64,000 bases of DNA from Thiotrichales bacterium (GCA_947478525.1 CANJVU010000003.1:55562-119561); one strand, 5' to 3'; positions 1 through 9,247 are shown, numbered from the stretch's first letter. Notes: generated by a model not told the origin, from the letters alone. Numbers and translations: made by a program.

Positions 1-537
1 TGTTTTTGGGTATAGCTTTTGATCCTTGTTGGATAATTTCAGATGCTTGTAAAGCAAATCATTTTTGTTTTTATCACTGACCTTTGGCAATAGTATAAGG
101 GACTCACAGCCAGCAGTCAGTGAATATGCAGATTGTAAATAATGTCCTGGAATTTTACTGTCAAACAGACCAAGCGTCGCATAGATACTCCCTGGCTCTA
201 CCATTCTAAACGGAATGGTATGCGTAAAGCTTTGGGTAAAAACCTCAAAAGCATTATGTGTTACTATGCCTGTTGGACAACCCCTCCAAGGATATTGCAA
301 CAGATCTCTAATTTCAATTGGAACAGATGTGTCATGATGTAATTTCAAAACCCCATCAATTGGAAAAAAGAAATCTCCTTTAATCGTCATCGGTGACATA
401 TAGGGAAATTGTGCCTTAATTAATGGCAAAGTTCCAGCATTTGGTATGTCATCTATAATTTGTGATAACGTAGGGTTGAGTTTGGCTACAACCTTTCTTG
501 CTTCAGTCCATGTGATGATTTTGGTTTTTAAATTCAT
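1..537 (-). CDS. hypothetical protein, N-terminal part only (ORF continues past the left edge of the window)
   Basis: ATG at 537-535 on the minus strand opens a frame with no stop down to position 1 (179 codons, MNLKTKIITWTEARKVVAKLNPTLSQIIDD...). It is absent from the ORF track because no stop lies inside the window. No motif recognised. Confidence 0.4.
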   Translation of the reverse strand, partial: MNLKTKIITWTEARKVVAKLNPTLSQIIDDIPNAGTLPLIKAQFPYMSPMTIKGDFFFPIDGVLKLHHDTSVPIEIRDLLQYPWRGCPTGIVTHNAFEVFTQSFTHTIPFRMVEPGSIYATLGLFDSKIPGHYLQSAYSLTAGCESLILLPKVSDKNKNDLLYKHLKLSNKDQKLYPKT

Positions 538-656
538 TCAATATTTCACCTGCTTGGTGATTTATCTTAGCATTATAAAGGAAATTTTGCAGTGTAAATT
601 CATTTGCATTCGCAAATTTTTTTACAAATTTTAAGTTGGTAGAATACATCTGAACC

Positions 657-935
657 ATGAAAATAACAGGAATCATAACCATGAAATCAGCACGTAATTT
701 AAAATCGAAGAATATTGCTCGTATTATCTTAATCGAGCAACATTTGGAAAAACGCCAGATCACGATTACTGTCACCTATGATAACAACCGCGTGATTTCG
801 GGTACGCCATTTAAACTTTCGCAATGTGGAAAATTGATTCAAGACTTATCGCGTCAAGATGTTATTACGTTGGGGACTTTCCTGGCGATTCAGCAGCAGG
901 ATTGGATGGATACCAAAATCGCGGATTTGAAGTAA
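657..935 (+). CDS. small hypothetical protein (92 aa), paralog of the next ORF
   Basis: ORF track. Shares a pattern with ORF 982-1260 (ITITVTYDNNRVISGTPFKL vs IEVTAMDIAGKVIVSSPRQL, then L..FLA). No clear SD; the internal ATG at 681 is an alternative start. Confidence 0.4.
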   Translation: MKITGIITMKSARNLKSKNIARIILIEQHLEKRQITITVTYDNNRVISGTPFKLSQCGKLIQDLSRQDVITLGTFLAIQQQDWMDTKIADLK

Positions 936-981
936 GACTATTTGGAGGGGGAAACCAAATAAACCAATAAGGGAGCATGTT

Positions 982-1260
982 ATGGCTTTAGCATCTGAGA
1001 TAAAACAAAGTGTGTTGTTACAGGAACGCCAATATTTTTATGATGACGGACATGAAATTGAAGTCACAGCGATGGATATTGCCGGCAAGGTGATTGTAAG
1101 TTCGCCGCGTCAATTGATGAACAGGCGTCGGGTGACGGCGCATATGAACAAGGCGCATTTATTGCGGTTGAGCTTCTTGGCGCACACGGAACGAATGCAG
1201 ACCCATGCACAAAAACTTCTGGATTCTCGCGTTAAAAGAACTGGCCGTAGCAGGCAGTGA
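982..1260 (+). CDS. small hypothetical protein (92 aa), paralog of the previous ORF
   Basis: ORF track. A good SD (AAGGGAG) lies 7 nt upstream of the ATG. Same length and motif pattern as ORF 657-935, with a basic C-terminal tail. Confidence 0.45.
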   Translation: MALASEIKQSVLLQERQYFYDDGHEIEVTAMDIAGKVIVSSPRQLMNRRRVTAHMNKAHLLRLSFLAHTERMQTHAQKLLDSRVKRTGRSRQ

Positions 1261-1666
1261 AGTAGCGTTGAGGGCGTGATGCTGAGTGTATGCGATGCCT
1301 CGTGTTACTCAAAGTCACGCCTCATCAGCGTTAACTTATAAATAAAGTGCACAAGGGCGCAATATTCGGTGCGTAAAGGTCGAGGAGGAGAAGACCCGAT
1401 AAGCGCCGTAGCAGGTACGCCCTTGATGCTGTGAGAACTTTACCATAAAAAACCTTATGAGTGCAAGTGACTTTTTAATTTTTTTAATTGTCATCGCTGC
1501 CACTACTCTGTCTTAGGTTGCGCAGGAGTTGGAACGTAAGCAAATTCATAAAAAACGTAGGTAGTGCTGCCTGGTGCAACCACAGTATTTTATTGAATAT
1601 GGCAACTGGTTTTACCCGAAATTATTGGCGGTTCAGCAGGCTAAAGGTGGTGATGGTTTGAGCGTT

Positions 1667-2176
1667 TTATAAATCAATGCAAGAGAGTATTGTTGTTACA
1701 AGTTCATCAGGAGAAGCTTGATCCGCATCTATTGTTACGGTTGCAGTTTCCTGATACCAGAGAGTGCGTTCGGTTTGCAAGCGTGTCAAAACACCAACTT
1801 TATCAGGTGTCATTAGTAAAGGACGGGTTGTATCGCCTTCAGTGCGTTGCAGTTGAGTAGCCACCGATACTTTTAAATAAATCACGGTGCTGTGTTGGGA
1901 AAGTAGGTGTCGATTTTTCGGCGTTTTAATGATGCCGCCTCCTGTCGATAATACCATGTCCTCAGAAGGGTGCGAGAAAAAATGTTGTAGTGCTTTGGTT
2001 TCATGCGCTCTAAAAAACGGTTCGCCTTGAGCGGCAAATAGCTGGGAAATAAGCATGCCAGTTTCGCTTTCAATCCATTGATCTGTATCATAAAAAGGGT
2101 AGCAAAGCACTGCGGAAAGCTTTTTACCGATGGTGGTTTTGCCTGAGGCCATGGCGCCAACTAATGTGATTTTCAT
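1667..2176 (-). CDS. aroK: shikimate kinase
   Basis: Walker A GAMASGKTTIGKKLS directly after MKITLV. I placed the start at the internal ATG 2176 (SD GAGGT upstream) rather than the ORF-track 2233, which would overlap aroE. Lies 5 nt downstream of aroE. Confidence 0.85.
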   Translation of the reverse strand: MKITLVGAMASGKTTIGKKLSAVLCYPFYDTDQWIESETGMLISQLFAAQGEPFFRAHETKALQHFFSHPSEDMVLSTGGGIIKTPKNRHLLSQHSTVIYLKVSVATQLQRTEGDTTRPLLMTPDKVGVLTRLQTERTLWYQETATVTIDADQASPDELVTTILSCIDL

Positions 2177-2181
2177 AGAGG

Positions 2182-3039
2182 TTACCTCAAGGTGCCGAGA
2201 ACCAGCGCTGTTATTGGTTTTTTGCCGGTCCATAATTCAAAGGCGACCGCCGCTTGTTCTACCAACATGCCAATACCATCATGAATTTTTTTAACGCTAC
2301 GGCTGTGTGCCCAGGTCATGATTTCAGTGGGTTTGGTGGGGCTGTATTTTAAATCGTAGACCAGTGCATCAGCAGCTAAAATAACAGAATCAGGAATGGG
2401 TACCATCGTATCTTTTAACGAACTGCCATCGATGATTATATCAAACGTACTGTCCGCCAAGGTATCATAGCCGCATCCATGAAGGGTTACGGTATCTGTA
2501 GCAAAACGTTTGGCCAATGCTTCTGCTTTTGCAATGGTACGGTTGGCAATGGTAATGTTGGCGGGGTTTTGCGCCACTAAAGGTCCTAAAATGCCGCTGA
2601 CTGCGCCACCTGCGCCGGTAATTAAAATACGTTTGCCAGCGAGCTCATAACCAATATTCTCTGTAACATCACGAATAAAGCCTATGCCATCGGTATTGTC
2701 AGCCCTAATGGTGCCATCGTCATTAAAAACAAAAGTATTCGCCGCTTGCGCTTGTACAGCGCGTTCAGAGCGGTAGGTAGCGATTGCAAAGGCATTTTCT
2801 TTATAGGGCACGGTGATGTTACATCCGTAAAAGCCAGTGGCTTGTAATTCGGTAATTTTAGCTTCAAACGTCTCATCGCCCACATCCTGAATGGTGTAAT
2901 CCACGTCAATGCCCAGCGCTTTGCCAAATGCGCTGTGAATGGTGGGAGATTTACTGTAGCTGATGTTTTTACCCGTGACGGCGAGTTTGTAATGGTGAGG
3001 TGCGGCAGCGAAAGGTAACGGGTTGTGTGGCACCAACAA
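2182..3039 (-). CDS. aroE: shikimate 5-dehydrogenase
   Basis: SKSPTIHSAFG substrate motif, ITGAGGAVSG NADP-binding loop, length 285 aa. Confidence 0.9.
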   Translation of the reverse strand: MLVPHNPLPFAAAPHHYKLAVTGKNISYSKSPTIHSAFGKALGIDVDYTIQDVGDETFEAKITELQATGFYGCNITVPYKENAFAIATYRSERAVQAQAANTFVFNDDGTIRADNTDGIGFIRDVTENIGYELAGKRILITGAGGAVSGILGPLVAQNPANITIANRTIAKAEALAKRFATDTVTLHGCGYDTLADSTFDIIIDGSSLKDTMVPIPDSVILAADALVYDLKYSPTKPTEIMTWAHSRSVKKIHDGIGMLVEQAAVAFELWTGKKPITALVLGTLR

Positions 3040-3327
3040 TCTCCTAGTTGAAATTTATAAGTATCATCATCGCAGATTTTAGAAGAGAGTGTCAACCCCG
3101 CAAGAACGCGAGGCATTTTCCATATTTTACAATGATCCAGCTTTTCCTGTAGATGGTGAAACGTTAGAAGAAGCAAAAAAAACTCTCGATCTTCAGATGA
3201 TGATTTTATTAGGAGTGCTTGATGCGTTGCAAGAAATGGTGGCGAAAGAGTTATTTCGATTTGCTGCATAAATTGGCGAGAAGTAGACCGCGCCACTGGT
3301 GGCCGCACGGGATAAACAAGCGGTTTT

Positions 3328-4488
3328 TTAATTATCCCAAAACTTCCACCATGGATGCTCAATCACTGGTGCCCAGACTTGTTTTAGTGTTTGAGTTGCT
3401 GGGTCATATTTATAAACCAGAATGCCGTTTTGATCAGCTTGTGCTATGACTAACACATGTGCTGATGGAGAAGTGTCGATGGCTTGGTCGCGGAGAAAAG
3501 CATTTTGTGAGTCATTCATTGGAAGAGGTTGCGGTGCATTGGGGTTATTTGAGATCAGTAAAGGTAAATAAATAGGGTTCATTGTGTAATAGCTATAATC
3601 AACACGCTGAATTAATGTGGTTTTTCCATTTAAATCATAAAGCGCAGCAAATGGAAAATAACAATCTGGTATTCCAGCGTAGAAAACTAAGAAGTGTGTT
3701 TTATCAATAAATTTCATGGTAGTGATGCCATGAGCACAATTTTGATAGTTTTCTGGTTCGTTTGGCAATTGTTCTGGAATAGCAAAGAAATGTTGGCAGG
3801 CTGTTCCATCCATTGCGCACTTGAAAAATTGAGTTTTTAAATCGCCACTCAAAATTATTTTACTGTCTGGGCTTATGGTTGCAAAAGTTTGACCATCGTT
3901 TTTTTGTAATTCTTGCATTTTCATGGTTGGCAGATACCATACGCGAACAAATTCATCGCTGGAACCAATTAAATATTGATCATCTGACGATAATGTTAAA
4001 TTAAAGAGCTTCCCATTGCCTTCAAAGCTTTCACGGTATGCTGTATAAAATTTAGTTTCTTTGCTATCTACAATGCCATACATATTGTAATCGGCATCAG
4101 AGGCGTAATATTGTTGTAACTTGGAAGTCATCAACTCACCATAGCTGGCAAAGGAAGGCTTGAGAGTTTTAATAATTTGACCATCCGTATTTTCTACATA
4201 GACAGTGTTATCAGTATTGCTTTGATACATGAAGTCGTTGGTATTTTTGATAAAATAAGCGCTGTACACGTTTGCTTTTCTCGCCACTACTTCGTAAGTG
4301 TGATCTTTTAAATTCCAAAGTACAATATGCTGATAAAGATCTGAGGTGACTGCGTAGTTGCCATCGGTTGAAATACTCAAAATCATGATTTCTGGTTTCA
4401 TGTAGTCCGGTACAGAATTTTTGTCATCTGAATTAGAGCAGCCACTCAGCAGCAATAAGGTTAATAAAATCAAACTTTGTTTAATCAT
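3328..4488 (-). CDS. lipoprotein with WD40-like beta-propeller repeats, a candidate immunity protein for the upstream VgrG-hydrolase
   Basis: MIKQSLILLTLLLLSGC signal peptide with lipobox. Repeated blade-like units (GNYAVTSDLYQHIVLWNL; DQYLIGSSDEFVRVWYL; DSKIILSGDLKT). The ATG at 4488 overlaps the stop of the VgrG gene (ATGATTAA). The ORF-track start 4512 is less likely. Confidence 0.7.
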   Translation of the reverse strand: MIKQSLILLTLLLLSGCSNSDDKNSVPDYMKPEIMILSISTDGNYAVTSDLYQHIVLWNLKDHTYEVVARKANVYSAYFIKNTNDFMYQSNTDNTVYVENTDGQIIKTLKPSFASYGELMTSKLQQYYASDADYNMYGIVDSKETKFYTAYRESFEGNGKLFNLTLSSDDQYLIGSSDEFVRVWYLPTMKMQELQKNDGQTFATISPDSKIILSGDLKTQFFKCAMDGTACQHFFAIPEQLPNEPENYQNCAHGITTMKFIDKTHFLVFYAGIPDCYFPFAALYDLNGKTTLIQRVDYSYYTMNPIYLPLLISNNPNAPQPLPMNDSQNAFLRDQAIDTSPSAHVLVIAQADQNGILVYKYDPATQTLKQVWAPVIEHPWWKFWDN

Positions 4489-7400
4489 CTGTGTTAACCT
4501 TGCTGAGATCATAATTGCCGAATGATTTGAAGCTCCAGGTGGAGCGTCCCATCAATTGATCCACGTAAATTTTCTGGAATAATTCAGAGTTTGGAATTTC
4601 CATACCATTGTGATCAGGCAATAGTTGTTTTCCAGTTACAGGATCAACTTGATTTACACCATGGTATTTCGGATCGTTTGCAAAAGGTGTTTTTATATCA
4701 ACTCCCCCATACCCCATCGCCGTAGCAGGAGATGCTTTTGGCGTTAGCAGTGCGGTAAGGACAATAGTTGCCAAAGCATTGGCATCTGGGTCGCGGAAGT
4801 TGATGTCGTTGCTTTCGTACCACTTCAGGCAGGGTTCGCTGCTTTTGAAGTAATCAAGGGCGGCGTTATAGCCTTTAAGGCCGGTATATTGGATTTGGGC
4901 GAAGGTTTTGGCGAGGTGGAAGCCGACGCTTAGGAGGTTGAAGGCGTCAGGGGCGGTGGTGCGCAGGCGTTCCTGTTGTTGTATTAGCGTTGCCGGCAGC
5001 TGGTTGGAGCTTTTGGTTTGAATGTCAGTATAGGCTTGATACTCAGTCCGCCATTGTTGGTAATAAGTAGTACAGATGCTGGCGGTGTCGCCTTTGAGGA
5101 AGTAGCTCAGCGGGTACGTTAGCAAATTTGCTAGGTGGTAAATGCTGTACATTTTGGCCTGGGTTTGAATGGCCGGTAAAGCATAATTATCAATGATAAA
5201 GGCGGTTTCGGCGATGGCGGCGAAGATGGTGCCGGCAGCTGGGTCGGCCATTTTGCCTTTGAGCACGTCGAGCAAGTCGTCGTCAGAGGGGCCATCCATA
5301 ATGCCTTTGAGCCAGCAGTAGGTGATGGTGGCACCGTTAGGAAGTTTAAGCCAGTCTTCTGTTAATGAGACGCCGGGGAGCAATGAGATTGCGTCATAAG
5401 CGGCAATCCCAAAGCTGGCCATCAGGTCTTTGCCTGGGCTTAATACACCGTAAAAAAAGTCATGCATCACTTGAACGGTCCATTCTACCGGTTTATTTTG
5501 GGGCTTGTTGGTTTGGATGCTGCCCAAAATATTATCATTGTTGGAGTAAAGCACCGTAAACGCCTTCGCACCTTGTTGCGCGGTGAGGTAATTGTATTCA
5601 TAGTTGATGGTTTGGCCATTGATAACTATCGGGAAGTATTGTCGTGGAGTGGTATTGAAGCAGTCGTCAGGAATGGCGGCGTCCCACATAAAGACGTGGT
5701 CGATCGCTGTTCCTTGTGCGCCGCATTGGTTGAGGACGTTCATTAAGACTCCATTGCCGAGCGAGTGGCAGACGACATTAACCGTCAGCCCCGCAGATTT
5801 CAATTGTTGGATTATCGCAACAATTTTAGTGGCAGGGAAGTGGGTCATTGCAGTGGCGGCCATATAATCGTATGCCTGAGTCGGGTTGCCTTGCCAGGCG
5901 CAAGCGAGCAGGCGGTTGAAGTTGCTATAGTCTTTACCATCAAAACCAGCGGCCAGGTTAAGGTTTTGCTCCATATGCACCAGCCACTTGTGGGCTTCGT
6001 TGCCGTTGAGCGCGGTTTCTTTATCGGGCGTGAGGGTTGCGGGGTCGTAGGCGCTGCCATATTGCGATTTCATGATGCGGTCGTCGCGATAAATGGCAGA
6101 ACAGGGCAGGTCGGCGCTGGGGGTTAAGGTGTTGACCGTAATGGGTGCGCTGGGCATGCCATAATTGAACGACAACGGTGTGATGGTTTTTTGAGTGACG
6201 GCCAGCCCTTGCGCGAATTGGCCGAACTTAACATTATAGCCGTGGATAAAGAGTGTAGCGTTATTGCCGTTGGCTTTGAAGTATTCAATCATCCATGGTT
6301 GCAGCACTTGATTGCCGGGTTTCCATTCATCATTAAACTCGGTTTTGTCAAAGGGAAGGGTTTTACCGTTGGCGTCAACCGGTGGTTTGGATTCATCATC
6401 GAAATAGGACTTCAGCGTTTCATAAACCGGCTGATCTGCTCCCAGGCTGCTTTGCCAGCAGTCATGACGGAAGTTAAGCAGCATCGCCGGGGGCAGCAGG
6501 GTGAGTTGGATTTGGTACTGCGGTTTGCCTTCGCTATCTTTGCTTAAGGTCAACTGCGAGGGCGTAATCACCAGCGTATCGGTCGGGTAACCCAGCGATT
6601 GCTGATTCATCGCAATAATCGACACCGACTGGCCGTTTAATACGTCTTTGCCGATAAGCGTGATGGTGATGCTTTCGCTGTTATTGACCAGAGGGAATTG
6701 GAGTTTTTGTTGAGCGAAGGGCAGTTTGCTGAGGGTTTGGCTTGTGCTGCTGACGTTGAGGGTAAATTGATTCAGCAATTCGGCCATAAAGGAGTGTTGC
6801 TCCGGCGTGTCTTGGGTAAACTGATCAACTAGGGTAATTTCGAGCGAGGCATTGACGGTGGAAAGTGGGTTGATGGCACCGGGAGTGGGTGCCATGGGTG
6901 CAGGCACGCTCGCCGGGTTCGCGCTGGCGCCGGTGTTAATGCTTATATTGCCGGTGTGGGTATAATGGTCAGCGCCGTCTTGCATGTTGCCAACGGTGGT
7001 GATGGAAGTGTTATGTTGTTGCGTTAATGTACCGATGTTTTCGCTCAAGGTTCCGCTTTGTACGTTATGGTTGTTAATGGTGTACTGGCCTTGATTGATC
7101 TGCTGCGACATCGTGGTGGCATTGTGCAGATTGGTGGTGTGTAACAGGCGGGTGGTGCGCGTATCGGTATGGGTATCTTCACGGGTTTTGCCAACCTGGG
7201 TAGTTTCCGATAATGGCGTTTGCACGTTCATAGTATAAGCATTGTAAACATAGCCAACGGTATCGGATTGATAGGTGTCGAGTTGATTGACGTAGATATA
7301 ACCGGTGGTGTCGGCATTCACCGTATCGAGGGTGTTTTTAGCGGTATGCGTGGTGTTGATGGTGGCGGAGTTTTGTGTGGTGGTAATTTCGGCGTCTTGT

Positions 7401-9247
7401 ACCAGAATTTGATGTTGATGAGTGTCAACATGGCTCGTTTCTAAAACATGTAAGCCATTGTCCTTCATGTCAGCTTGTACCATGTGACGATACGCCGGTG
7501 TGGCGGACTGGTTCGGGTCGGTGGCGTCGCGGTTGCCGATTAAATTAGCCAGACCGCCATCGTGTTGACTGTGGAAATCCCCCTCGGTATAAATAAAATG
7601 GCCTTTGCTGCCATAAACCGAGGGATAGGTTTGGTCTTCGTTGACCGGATCACCCTGGCGCATATAGCTGCTTTGGCCGATGTCATTATAATTCGGTACT
7701 TCGGTAATCGTAGCGCTTTTACGGCCGGTGGATTGATTTCGGTCAAAATCACCCTCGTTGATATAGCCGATCCGATTGAGCTTTTTATCTTGCCAGTAAT
7801 GGTTTTGTGCATTTGAAGTTCGCGTCAACGCTGGCATGTTGCTGTGCGTGTTGGCGCCTTCAATAAACGGTCTATCGAGGTCGTCGCTGTGAAAACCAAG
7901 ACTGACTTCGCTGCTTACCGGTAATGGCATATTAACCTGATGGTCTCGGCTTTGGACAGGGTTGAGTATGCGCAATTGCGCCATTTCGCCGCGACCCGTC
8001 AGATACCAGCTTTCTGGCGGTGCAATTTTATAGGCCCCTTTGCCATCAAGTGCATGATCGTCACCGCTGGCATCACCGGCCTGTGACAGAATATGTGCAC
8101 CCACCAATATGCCGGATTGTGTGCGAAAAACAGGTAAGTCACGATATATGATATCATTATCGAGTAACGCCATATTGTTGTGGGTATTGCGCAATTGATT
8201 AAAGCGATGGCGGTCAAACTCCAGTGTTACGGTAATTGAGGTAATCAGGTAATTCTTGGAGAAGGGGTGGTTGGTAAGCGCGATGCGATCGCCCGCAAAT
8301 AAGATACCGCGGCCACCAGCGGGTAGCGCGTTGCGTTGCGCATAATAAGATTGCGCTGCCCATTGCGACCACTGTTCGGCCTCTTTGGGCGAAAGTGCAT
8401 CAAAGCGCCATAATGCTTCACGTTTACTGGGGTAATGGGAATCTACCATTGTGACTGAGTTAATGGTTTGTTCAGGATAGTCTGGATTGTATCCTGTTAC
8501 GCGGACGCGGTCAGGTCCAAGCATTTGGCCCGTGAGTGCAATGCGAGTAACTGAGGGAGCCAGGCTTAGATGTTCTTGATCTGCTGGATGAAAAGGCGCT
8601 TGGGTGATTGATGCAACTTGATACAGGCGGTCACTGATCACCAGTGGGCAGGAGGCGCGATGATGGTCGAAGTAAAAGCTAAAGCCATGTTGACTAAGCG
8701 CGCGTTTTAGGAATTGATAGGTGGTTTCGTCGTGTTGAATCCAGTTGGCTTTTTGGGGATAGGTGGATTCCATCTGACTTAACGCAAGGGACAGTGCTTC
8801 TGGGTCAGCCAGCACCGGCGTTTGGCCCTCTTGAATATTGAGCAATACTTCCTGGCATAATTCGACCAGTGTCAGATCATTATATAAATGGGACTTGTGT
8901 TCTCGATTAAGGAGTGCCAAGGTTGGTTCTATGGTCAGTTGATAATGAAAGGTTCCATCTTTTAAGGTTTTGATGATTTTGGTGTCTTGTATTATGCCAT
9001 TAAAATAACAGGGGGCAGTATCGCCGGAGATTTTTAAGCAGATGCCGCTATACGCCGCAGTATCAAAAAAAGCAGGAGGTTGAGAGGTGATGAGATCCAC
9101 GTTTAGCGTAAATAATTCCGATATATCTGAGCGATAAGAGACGCCGTGCACTTGATGGTGATCAAGTCCAGAGAGCGTGAGTTCGCAGGCAATATTAACC
9201 GTCAGAGTGGGCATGGGGTTGCTAGGGTTTGTTTTGGTTCTGGTCAA
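4481..9247 (-). CDS. vgrG: evolved VgrG: gp27/gp5-like spike protein fused to a C-terminal alpha/beta-hydrolase (lipase/esterase-like) domain
   Basis: The N-terminus has the VgrG layout, including HSDDLDRPFIEG (aa 453-464) where the canonical GDPDRP motif sits. A Thr/Asn/Gln/His-rich stretch (aa ~600-778) and a Pro-rich linker ASVPAPMAPTPG follow. Then come FIHGYN (aa ~1000), VNVVCHSLGNG (Ser1162, codon 5762-5764), YSNNDNILG and VMHDFF. The ORF-track start is TTG 9247; the ATG at 9214 (MPTLTVNI...) is an alternative. Confidence 0.85.
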   Translation of the reverse strand: MTRTKTNPSNPMPTLTVNIACELTLSGLDHHQVHGVSYRSDISELFTLNVDLITSQPPAFFDTAAYSGICLKISGDTAPCYFNGIIQDTKIIKTLKDGTFHYQLTIEPTLALLNREHKSHLYNDLTLVELCQEVLLNIQEGQTPVLADPEALSLALSQMESTYPQKANWIQHDETTYQFLKRALSQHGFSFYFDHHRASCPLVISDRLYQVASITQAPFHPADQEHLSLAPSVTRIALTGQMLGPDRVRVTGYNPDYPEQTINSVTMVDSHYPSKREALWRFDALSPKEAEQWSQWAAQSYYAQRNALPAGGRGILFAGDRIALTNHPFSKNYLITSITVTLEFDRHRFNQLRNTHNNMALLDNDIIYRDLPVFRTQSGILVGAHILSQAGDASGDDHALDGKGAYKIAPPESWYLTGRGEMAQLRILNPVQSRDHQVNMPLPVSSEVSLGFHSDDLDRPFIEGANTHSNMPALTRTSNAQNHYWQDKKLNRIGYINEGDFDRNQSTGRKSATITEVPNYNDIGQSSYMRQGDPVNEDQTYPSVYGSKGHFIYTEGDFHSQHDGGLANLIGNRDATDPNQSATPAYRHMVQADMKDNGLHVLETSHVDTHQHQILVQDAEITTTQNSATINTTHTAKNTLDTVNADTTGYIYVNQLDTYQSDTVGYVYNAYTMNVQTPLSETTQVGKTREDTHTDTRTTRLLHTTNLHNATTMSQQINQGQYTINNHNVQSGTLSENIGTLTQQHNTSITTVGNMQDGADHYTHTGNISINTGASANPASVPAPMAPTPGAINPLSTVNASLEITLVDQFTQDTPEQHSFMAELLNQFTLNVSSTSQTLSKLPFAQQKLQFPLVNNSESITITLIGKDVLNGQSVSIIAMNQQSLGYPTDTLVITPSQLTLSKDSEGKPQYQIQLTLLPPAMLLNFRHDCWQSSLGADQPVYETLKSYFDDESKPPVDANGKTLPFDKTEFNDEWKPGNQVLQPWMIEYFKANGNNATLFIHGYNVKFGQFAQGLAVTQKTITPLSFNYGMPSAPITVNTLTPSADLPCSAIYRDDRIMKSQYGSAYDPATLTPDKETALNGNEAHKWLVHMEQNLNLAAGFDGKDYSNFNRLLACAWQGNPTQAYDYMAATAMTHFPATKIVAIIQQLKSAGLTVNVVCHSLGNGVLMNVLNQCGAQGTAIDHVFMWDAAIPDDCFNTTPRQYFPIVINGQTINYEYNYLTAQQGAKAFTVLYSNNDNILGSIQTNKPQNKPVEWTVQVMHDFFYGVLSPGKDLMASFGIAAYDAISLLPGVSLTEDWLKLPNGATITYCWLKGIMDGPSDDDLLDVLKGKMADPAAGTIFAAIAETAFIIDNYALPAIQTQAKMYSIYHLANLLTYPLSYFLKGDTASICTTYYQQWRTEYQAYTDIQTKSSNQLPATLIQQQERLRTTAPDAFNLLSVGFHLAKTFAQIQYTGLKGYNAALDYFKSSEPCLKWYESNDINFRDPDANALATIVLTALLTPKASPATAMGYGGVDIKTPFANDPKYHGVNQVDPVTGKQLLPDHNGMEIPNSELFQKIYVDQLMGRSTWSFKSFGNYDLSKVNTDD

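Noticed and set aside
3089-3271. 60-aa plus-strand ORF (GTG start) between aroE and the lipoprotein gene
   Set aside because: It has no spaced SD and no recognisable motif, and it sits in what must be the aroE promoter region. The acidic helical sequence is not impossible for a real small protein, but the support is insufficient to call it.
2682-3362. 226-aa minus-strand ORF overlapping aroE and the upstream spacer
   Set aside because: It lies out of frame inside the well-supported aroE gene, and its sequence is low-complexity and unremarkable. It is a shadow ORF.
5131-8217. About a dozen 60-120-aa ORFs on both strands inside the large vgrG gene
   Set aside because: All are nested in the 1588-aa ORF, which has clear VgrG and hydrolase motifs. 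They are shadow frames typical of a long gene.
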